Under the pieces are notes generated by a model that ran no database searches, had not been told where the DNA came from, and worked only from the letters and a program-made list of their open reading frames with translations. Below are positions 58,477-64,000 of a stretch of 64,000 nt of DNA, one piece after another (the stretch's first letter is position 1; the number at the start of each line of letters is the position of its first letter). The stretch comes from Spirochaetia bacterium (lineage in GTDB: Bacteria > Spirochaetota > Spirochaetia > SZUA-6 > Bin103), in assembly GCA_965199955.1 (NCBI GenBank), contig CBDATQ010000002.1:128001-192000 (forward strand). The letters run 5' to 3'. A program made the translations under genes and the position numbers.

Positions 58477-58580
58477 CCGGCCGTACGGCCGGTTCCGCGC
58501 AGCGCTCGGCTTGCCTTGGCGGGCGCCGCGCGCGTACCATACGCAAGGGCGCGCAGTCGTCTGCCGCGCGTCGAATCTCC

Positions 58581-58654
58581 GGGGGCGTAGCTCAGTTGGC
58601 TAGAGCGCGTGAATGGCATTCACGAGGTCGTGGGTTCGATTCCCGTCGCCTCCA
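58581..58654 (+). tRNA. tRNA-Ala(GGC)
   Basis: GGGGGCG acceptor with G3:U70, CGTGA-ATGGCAT-TCACG, GGTTCGATTCC. Confidence 0.95.
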
Positions 58655-58677
58655 AAGAGAACAGTCGTAGCACGCGA

Positions 58678-58972
58678 TCAGGTCGCCACAAAACGTTCGA
58701 CCGCAATCTCCCCGGCCCGGCCGCGCGCCTGCCACAGATCGTGGGCCATCTGCATTCCCAGCCACACCTCCGGCGTCGAGCCGAAGGCTTTCGATAGCCG
58801 GATCGCCATCTCCACTGAGAGCCCCGTCCGTTCGACAATTCGGACAGCGCTTGCCTGGTAACGCCCAACCCCCTGCCCGAGTCACCGTCAACCCCAGAGG
58901 TTCGAGGCACTGTCGCTTCACGATGCTGCCGGGTTGCAGGTTCTTCCGTTGATGCGTAGCCTCTGGCTCCAT
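58678..58972 (-). pseudogene. higA: HigA-family antitoxin pseudogene
   Basis: Pieces in different frames: QPGSIVKRQCLEPLGLTVTRA / GLGVTRQALSELSNGR / LSVEMAIRLSKAFGSTPEVWLGMQMAHDLWQAR. Confidence 0.8.
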
Positions 58973-59028
58973 GACTTCGCCACGCTGCCGGTGGCTTCAC
59001 CAGCAGCGACGGTATGAAAGGACAAGGG

Positions 59029-59772
59029 ATGACAGACTCCATCAAGCAGGCACTGGCGGCGGGTGAGCCGTCGCTGGGCTCGTGGCTCAATCTCGGCTCG
59101 CCCCTGGCGGCGGAGGTCATGGCGGCCGCCGGCTACTCCTGGCTGGTGGTCGATGCCGAGCACACCGCCTTCGACCTGGGTCTCATCGCCCACACCTTCC
59201 GCGCGACCGAGGCGCGCGGCGCCGTGCCCCTGGCGCGTATCTGGGACCACGACCCGGTCACCATCGGCCGCGTGCTGGACGCGGGCGCCTGCGGTCTGGT
59301 GATCCCGCACGTGTCGACGCCGGAGCAGGCCGCCGCCGTCGTGTCCGCCATGCGTTATCCGCCGGCCGGCACGCGCTCGCAGGGGACGGGCCGCTGTGTG
59401 ACGCTGGCCGACGACTACCGGCAGACAGCCAACGACTGGCTGCTGTGCATCCCGCAGATCGAGGATCTGGAAGGGATCGACAACGCCGAGGCGATCGCCC
59501 GCGTCGACGGGGTCGACATCGGCTTCCTGGGCCCCGGCGACCTGGCCCTGTCGATGGGGGTGACCGCGGGCGACCCGCGGCACGAAGATGCGCTGCGGCG
59601 CTTCCGCGAAGGCTGCGCGCGCGCCGGCGTTCCGTGCGGGATGCCCGTACCGAACCCCGCGGACGTGCCGCGCCGACTGCGCGAAGGGTTCCAGTTCATC
59701 GACATCGCCAGCGACCTGCGCTTCACCGACAGCGCGGCGCGCGCGGCGCTGGCCCAGGCTCGCGGAGGTTAG
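59029..59772 (+). CDS. HpcH/HpaI aldolase family protein
   Basis: VDAEH, LDAGACG, RYPPAGTR, QIE, GPGDL. Confidence 0.9.
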   Translation: MTDSIKQALAAGEPSLGSWLNLGSPLAAEVMAAAGYSWLVVDAEHTAFDLGLIAHTFRATEARGAVPLARIWDHDPVTIGRVLDAGACGLVIPHVSTPEQAAAVVSAMRYPPAGTRSQGTGRCVTLADDYRQTANDWLLCIPQIEDLEGIDNAEAIARVDGVDIGFLGPGDLALSMGVTAGDPRHEDALRRFREGCARAGVPCGMPVPNPADVPRRLREGFQFIDIASDLRFTDSAARAALAQARGG

Positions 59773-59783
59773 CGCCCCGAAAC

Positions 59784-59890
59784 CGTCGCCTACGGCTCCG
59801 CTTTCGGCCCATCCCCACCTTACGCGTCGGAGTCTGTGGGCCTTCCCGCTGGCGGGCCTTCCCGCTGGCGCGGCAAATCCGACAGACTCC
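59784..59890. repeat. Dispersed palindromic element, copy 2
   Basis: CGTCGCCTACGGCTCCGCTTTCGGCCCATCCCCACCTT...GGAGTCTGT...CGACAGACTCC with internal GGGCCTTCCCGCTGGC x2. Confidence 0.75.
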
Positions 59891-59896
59891 TAGCGC

Positions 59897-60172
59897 CTAC
59901 CGCCGCCTGCGCTGGAACAGCGGGTAGATCTTCGACGACAGGTCGATCTTGCGGTCGACCAGCTTGATCACCCGCCCGTAGGCGAAAAAGGACCCGGCCA
60001 GCCCGGCAAGGGTGAACACCACCAGCAGCACCGACGCCACCCCCTGCGCGAGCCCCATCTGCGTCAGCCAGCCGACCAGCACGATGGAGATCAGGATCAC
60101 CACCACCATCATGGCCAGCGAGAACGCGGTGGCGGCCACCATGAAGACGGCCGTGTTCATCGCCTTGTTCAT
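59897..60172 (-). CDS. Small two-TM membrane protein co-transcribed with lspA
   Basis: 91 aa, two hydrophobic helices, basic C-terminus; ATGA overlap with lspA. Confidence 0.7.
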   Translation of the reverse strand: MNKAMNTAVFMVAATAFSLAMMVVVILISIVLVGWLTQMGLAQGVASVLLVVFTLAGLAGSFFAYGRVIKLVDRKIDLSSKIYPLFQRRRR

Positions 60173-60747
60173 CTGTCCTCCTCGTCGTTTTCAGGCACGC
60201 ACTGCTCCCGGGTGCCGTTCTCCGGTTCGACAGCATCATGCCTCGGCCGCGACACCAGCCACGAGCTTGCCAGCAGCAGGATGCCGGCGACTACCACCGA
60301 CGAATCGGCCACGTTGAAGGTCGGAAACCGGCTGAAGCCCAGGATGCCGTAGAACTTCACGTCCACGAAGTCGACCACCCCGTCCGGCCGGGCGACGCGG
60401 TCCACGTAGTTGCCGATGCCGCCGCCCATGATCGCCGCCAGTAGCCATCGTTGCCCGCGCGTGAGCTGGTCGGTGGCGAAGTAATACGCCGAGATCAGGC
60501 CGATCGCCACCAACGGCAGGATGAGCAGCAGCACGCGGCGCAGGTCCGCCGGGATGCCGCGGCCGATGCTGAAGGCTATCGCGGTGTTGTGCACGTACGT
60601 GAACCGCAGGAAGTCGCCGATCACGGGAACGGGCCGCTCCAGCGGCAGCGTTGCCACCACGATCGCCTTCGCGATCTGGTCGGCAGCCACCACCGCCAGC
60701 GTGAGCAGCAGCGGCAGGTAGCGCTCCCTGGCGCTCGGTGGGCTCAC
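60169..60747 (-). CDS. lspA: Signal peptidase II
   Basis: DQIAK, NTAIAFS, GNYVDR, VVDF, FNVAD; GTG start overlaps the Nif3 stop. Confidence 0.92.
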   Translation of the reverse strand: MSPPSARERYLPLLLTLAVVAADQIAKAIVVATLPLERPVPVIGDFLRFTYVHNTAIAFSIGRGIPADLRRVLLLILPLVAIGLISAYYFATDQLTRGQRWLLAAIMGGGIGNYVDRVARPDGVVDFVDVKFYGILGFSRFPTFNVADSSVVVAGILLLASSWLVSRPRHDAVEPENGTREQCVPENDEEDR

Positions 60748-61526
60748 AGGCCGGTCGGCAGGTCGATGAAGGTGGTCGCCAACTCGGTGTGAGCGGCGGT
60801 GTGCGCCATCATGTTGCGCACGCCCCAGGTCTCGGTCGCGTAGTGGCCGGCGAAGACGACGTTGATGCCGGCCTCCAGCGCCTCGTGATAAACCTCGTGC
60901 GAGGCATCGCCGGTAATGTACAGGTCGAGTCCCGCGGCGATCGCCTGGCTGACGATGCGGGTGCCGCCGCCCGACACCAGCCCTACGGTGCGGATGCGCT
61001 CCGCCCCGAACGGCAGCACCGCCGAGCACCGCTCGCGCCCGCCGAACGGGTCGGCGAGCAGCTCGTCCAGCGTGGCGCCGTCGGGGTAGCGCGCTTCCGG
61101 TACGCGGCCGGCCACGCCGATGTCGACCCCGTGGTAGTCGCCGAAGGGCCGGCAGTCGGTGAGCCCGAGCGCGGCGGCCATGCCGGCGTTGTTGCCGAGC
61201 CGGGGGTGGGCGTCCAGCGGCAGGTGCACGGCGTAGAGGGCCAGATCGCGCTGCATCAGCACGCGGAGGCGCTCGAAGAGCCCGCCGGTAACGGTCACCT
61301 GGCGGCCCCAGAACAGGCCGTGATGGACGAACAGCAGTTGTGCCTCCTGGCCGGCGGCGCGGCGCAGCACCTCCAGCCCGCAGTCGACCGCGAACGCAAC
61401 GCGTGCGACTGCGGCGTCTCCGGCGCCTACCTGCAGGCCGTTCGGCGCCGCGTCGGCCGCGTCGGCCGGCGCCATCGGCGCGATGAGTGCGTCACGGACG
61501 AATGCATCGAACTCGCTGATCAGCAA
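60744..61526 (-). CDS. Nif3-like dinuclear metal-centre protein
   Basis: NGLQV, VHHG, HLPLDAH, GHYATE. Confidence 0.92.
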   Translation of the reverse strand: MLISEFDAFVRDALIAPMAPADAADAAPNGLQVGAGDAAVARVAFAVDCGLEVLRRAAGQEAQLLFVHHGLFWGRQVTVTGGLFERLRVLMQRDLALYAVHLPLDAHPRLGNNAGMAAALGLTDCRPFGDYHGVDIGVAGRVPEARYPDGATLDELLADPFGGRERCSAVLPFGAERIRTVGLVSGGGTRIVSQAIAAGLDLYITGDASHEVYHEALEAGINVVFAGHYATETWGVRNMMAHTAAHTELATTFIDLPTGL

Positions 61527-61643
61527 GGGAGCGCAGTATAGGTGCGGAAGAGGGGCAGCGACGAGGCCGCGCGTCCCATGGCGCTGGCGCTGCGCCGGGA
61601 TGCGGGCGGAAGGATGCCGAACCGCTCCCAGCCGGTGCCGGGC

Positions 61644-61928
61644 TCAGGTCCCGAACCGGTTCTGGAGGCGTTCGGCGATCCGGTCGAGGACGGTGGAGTT
61701 GAGGTATTCGGAGTCCCGCAGCCTGGCCATGACGTCGGTGACCAGTTCCGCGCGGACCGCGGGGCTGCGGTTGATTATATCCATGGCTTCCTCGATCTCC
61801 GCGACCACGCGGGCTTCCGTTGACAGACTGCCCGGCTCGGTGTCGTCGGTGCGAGAGGCGGCTGCCGTCCGGTCGATGTCCTTGAGTATGGAAACCGGAT
61901 CGATCGGTCCGAGGGAGTCGACGGCCAT
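61644..61928 (-). CDS. flgM: Anti-sigma28 factor FlgM-like protein (spirochete type)
   Basis: 94 aa; GPIDP N-terminus, LSTEAR, PAVRAELV..V...L....Y......IAERL; strong SD. Confidence 0.65.
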   Translation of the reverse strand: MAVDSLGPIDPVSILKDIDRTAAASRTDDTEPGSLSTEARVVAEIEEAMDIINRSPAVRAELVTDVMARLRDSEYLNSTVLDRIAERLQNRFGT

Positions 61929-62113
61929 CTGAGTGCTCCTTCCTGGTGCCCTGACCGCAACGGCTCCACGCCGCGCGGCAGCACACCGCGCTGTTTTGTG
62001 GCCTCCCCCTCTTGAGGCGAGCCGGCCTCACGTGTGGCCGACAGACCGATATTCGCGCATGGAAGGCATGCCGTCAACCACCCCTGTCACGGCGCACCCT
62101 GAAGGGAAGTGCC

Positions 62114-62875
62114 TCACAGGTGCCAGCCGCCTGAAACCTTGAGATTATCGCCGGTGATGTAGGAGGTCTCGCGGCGCAGGAAGAAGTCGATCGCGCGATT
62201 GAGGTCGTCGTAGGTTCCGTAGCGGCCCTTCGGGACCGCGGCCGGCCCGCCGGGAGGCTTGGTCATCGAGTTCTCCATGATGCCCGGCGACACGGCGTTG
62301 ACGGTGATGTCGCGGTCTGCGGTCGCGGCGGCCAAGCTCCTGGTCAGGATCAGGATGCCGGTCTTGCCGACCATGTACGGCGCCACCGTGGGCTGCGGCG
62401 ATAGCTTGTCGGCGGCGGAATCGGCGATGTTGACGATGCGTCCGTACCCGTGGCGGCGCATGTGCGGCAGCACCGCCCGGCAGACCAAGAAGGCGGCCGT
62501 GACCGTGGTGCGTACGGCGCGGTCCCACTCGGCGGGCTCCACCTGCTCGACGGGTTTTACCTGGAACGTGCCGACGTTGTTCACCAGCAGGTCGATGCGG
62601 CCGCTGCGCCCGGTGATGCGGTCGACCATCGCCGATACGCTGGCGGGGTCGGTGAGGTCTGCGGCCTCGGCATGGCAGCCGGCCGCGTCACCGCCGAGTC
62701 GGTCGACGAGTTCGCGTGCCGCGGCGGCGCTGGTGTGGTAGTGGACGGCGACGGCCGCGCCGCGGGCGGCCAGGTGCTCGGCGATGGCGGCGCCGGTGCG
62801 CCGCGCGGCGCCGGTGACCAGCGCCACCTGGCCGGTGAAGGGGCGGTCGGCGGAGGTTGGTGCGGCCGCGGTCAC
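62114..62875 (-). CDS. SDR oxidoreductase, pteridine reductase (FolM/PTR1)-like
   Basis: TGAARRTG, VHYHTS, LVNN, YMVGK; in the fol operon. Confidence 0.8.
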   Translation of the reverse strand: MTAAAPTSADRPFTGQVALVTGAARRTGAAIAEHLAARGAAVAVHYHTSAAAARELVDRLGGDAAGCHAEAADLTDPASVSAMVDRITGRSGRIDLLVNNVGTFQVKPVEQVEPAEWDRAVRTTVTAAFLVCRAVLPHMRRHGYGRIVNIADSAADKLSPQPTVAPYMVGKTGILILTRSLAAATADRDITVNAVSPGIMENSMTKPPGGPAAVPKGRYGTYDDLNRAIDFFLRRETSYITGDNLKVSGGWHL

Positions 62876-63357
62876 GACAGCACCCGGCAGACGATCTGCC
62901 GGTAGATGAGCCGGTGCCGGCGCGGGCCAAGCGGTTCACCGTCGGCGGGATGGGCCAGGTCCGGCGCGATATCCAGCAGCGGCACCAGCATGAAGTCGCG
63001 CTCGGTCAGGCCCGGGTGCGGCACCGTCAGGTGCACGTCGCCGAGCACGAGGTCGCCGTACAGCAGAATGTCCAGATCGATCGTCCGCGGGCCGTAGCGG
63101 ACGGTGCGGGTACGGCCGAGCGCGTGCTCGATCGCCTGCAGCCGTCCCAGCAGGGCGTGCGGACGGACCTCGGTCCGCACGCCGACTACCAGGTTCAGGT
63201 AGGGCGCCTGCGCAGCCACTCCCCACGGACAGGTGAGATAGGTGGGCGAGATGCAACAACGCTCGGCGACCGCCTCCAGCCGCGCCAGCGCCGCGGCAAG
63301 GTTCGGACGTGGATCGATGTTGGATCCGCAGGCGATGAAGACCTGCCTCGTGCTCAT
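62872..63357 (-). CDS. folK: 2-amino-4-hydroxy-6-hydroxymethyldihydropteridine pyrophosphokinase
   Basis: GSN, YLN, GPRTIDLDILLYG, PHP..ERDF. Confidence 0.92.
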   Translation of the reverse strand: MSTRQVFIACGSNIDPRPNLAAALARLEAVAERCCISPTYLTCPWGVAAQAPYLNLVVGVRTEVRPHALLGRLQAIEHALGRTRTVRYGPRTIDLDILLYGDLVLGDVHLTVPHPGLTERDFMLVPLLDIAPDLAHPADGEPLGPRRHRLIYRQIVCRVLS

Positions 63358-64000
63358 CGGCGCTTCACCGGGTCACCGGACGAACGCAGGGCGCGCAGGG
63401 TGGCGATGATCTCGGGGTCGTGCGTCCGGATCCAGGCAGGCCTGAACGCAAGCAGCAGGTGGGAGAGGATGATGCGGCTGGTCAGGCTCTCCTTGCGCGG
63501 GCAGTTGATCAGCACCGGGTAGCCTGTCTCCTCCAGCCTGCGGGCCGCCTCGATCGCCTGCATTTGCAGCTCGATCTTGCGGTAGTCGTCCAGCTCCGGG
63601 TGGACGATGCCGGTGTTCGGGTCCACGTACACGTCGCCGGCCCCGGCCGCCCGCGCGGCATCGGCGCGCGCCGACAGGCTGGCGGCGATGCGCTCCGCGC
63701 CGTGGTTGACCGGGGCGGTTTGGCGCATCCGCTCAGGATCCCCGTAGGGCAGATTCACCAGCACCAGGGCGGCGCCGCTCTCGCCGGCGTGGCGGCACAC
63801 TTCGTCGGGGATCTCCTGGCTTGTGTAGTCGATCATCTCCGCCCCGGCGTCGAGCGCCCACATCGCGGTATCGGCGCTCCAGGTCTCGACCCCCACGCGA
63901 TAGCCGTCCGACGCGAGCGATTGCAGCACCGGTTTCAGGCGGTCGATCTCTTCTGCCTCGCTGAGCCGTTCCGCGCCAGGGGCCGGGTTGGTGGAGCGCG
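63354..64000 (-). CDS. folP: Dihydropteroate synthase-like protein (divergent; 5' end outside window)
   Basis: Frame open to the window end: RSTNP..EEIDRLKPVL, DPNTG, PRK, IRTHD. Confidence 0.8.
   Translation of the reverse strand, partial: RSTNPAPGAERLSEAEEIDRLKPVLQSLASDGYRVGVETWSADTAMWALDAGAEMIDYTSQEIPDEVCRHAGESGAALVLVNLPYGDPERMRQTAPVNHGAERIAASLSARADAARAAGAGDVYVDPNTGIVHPELDDYRKIELQMQAIEAARRLEETGYPVLINCPRKESLTSRIILSHLLLAFRPAWIRTHDPEIIATLRALRSSGDPVKRR

Noticed and set aside
61929..62113. Sigma28 promoter before flgM
   Set aside because: No convincing TAAA-N15-GCCGATAA match

Overview
High-GC (about 68% by eye) bacterial DNA, most likely from a Spirochaetaceae-like organism. This is inferred from a spirochete-style FlgM, Lgt, STAS-zinc-ribbon protein and pspA context. 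The window has two halves separated by tRNA-Leu(CAG) at 37176-37259. The left half (1-37.1 kb) is accessory. It holds a small catabolic operon (SelA-like PLP enzyme, beta-propeller, Gfo/Idh/MocA, alpha-hydroxy-acid oxidase) and a PARIS-like ABC-ATPase + TOPRIM(DUF4276-like) pair. It also has an AAA-PD-(D/E)XK protein, two family-5 ABC importers, three Asp-box (sialidase-like) proteins, two beta-helix glycosidase-like proteins, a sulfatase and a D-aminoacylase. A toxin-antitoxin patch contains AbiEi/AbiEii with an inverted-repeat operator, a clan-AA aspartyl protease, and a RES toxin whose antitoxin is frameshifted. The right half is mostly housekeeping: YegD-like Hsp70, membrane PPase, ZnuA-like SBP, a ctpA / sigma54-activator / STAS / CesT / pspA cluster, lgt, PPi-PFK, galU, aroK, hisA/hisE, Prx6, lspA, Nif3, flgM, fol genes, tRNA-Val(CAC) and tRNA-Ala(GGC). 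Features the ORF track misses or obscures include a dispersed ~95-105 bp palindromic element in two copies and a structured ~210-nt leader in front of an SBP gene. There are also gene remnants (sulfatase N-terminus, aldo-keto reductase, HigA, internally deleted PurQ), a G7 tract that separates a sigma54 activator from its nearby start codons, and many apparently leaderless promoters. No CRISPR array, rRNA, integrase or transposase was seen. All calls come from motif recognition by eye; no database searches were run.
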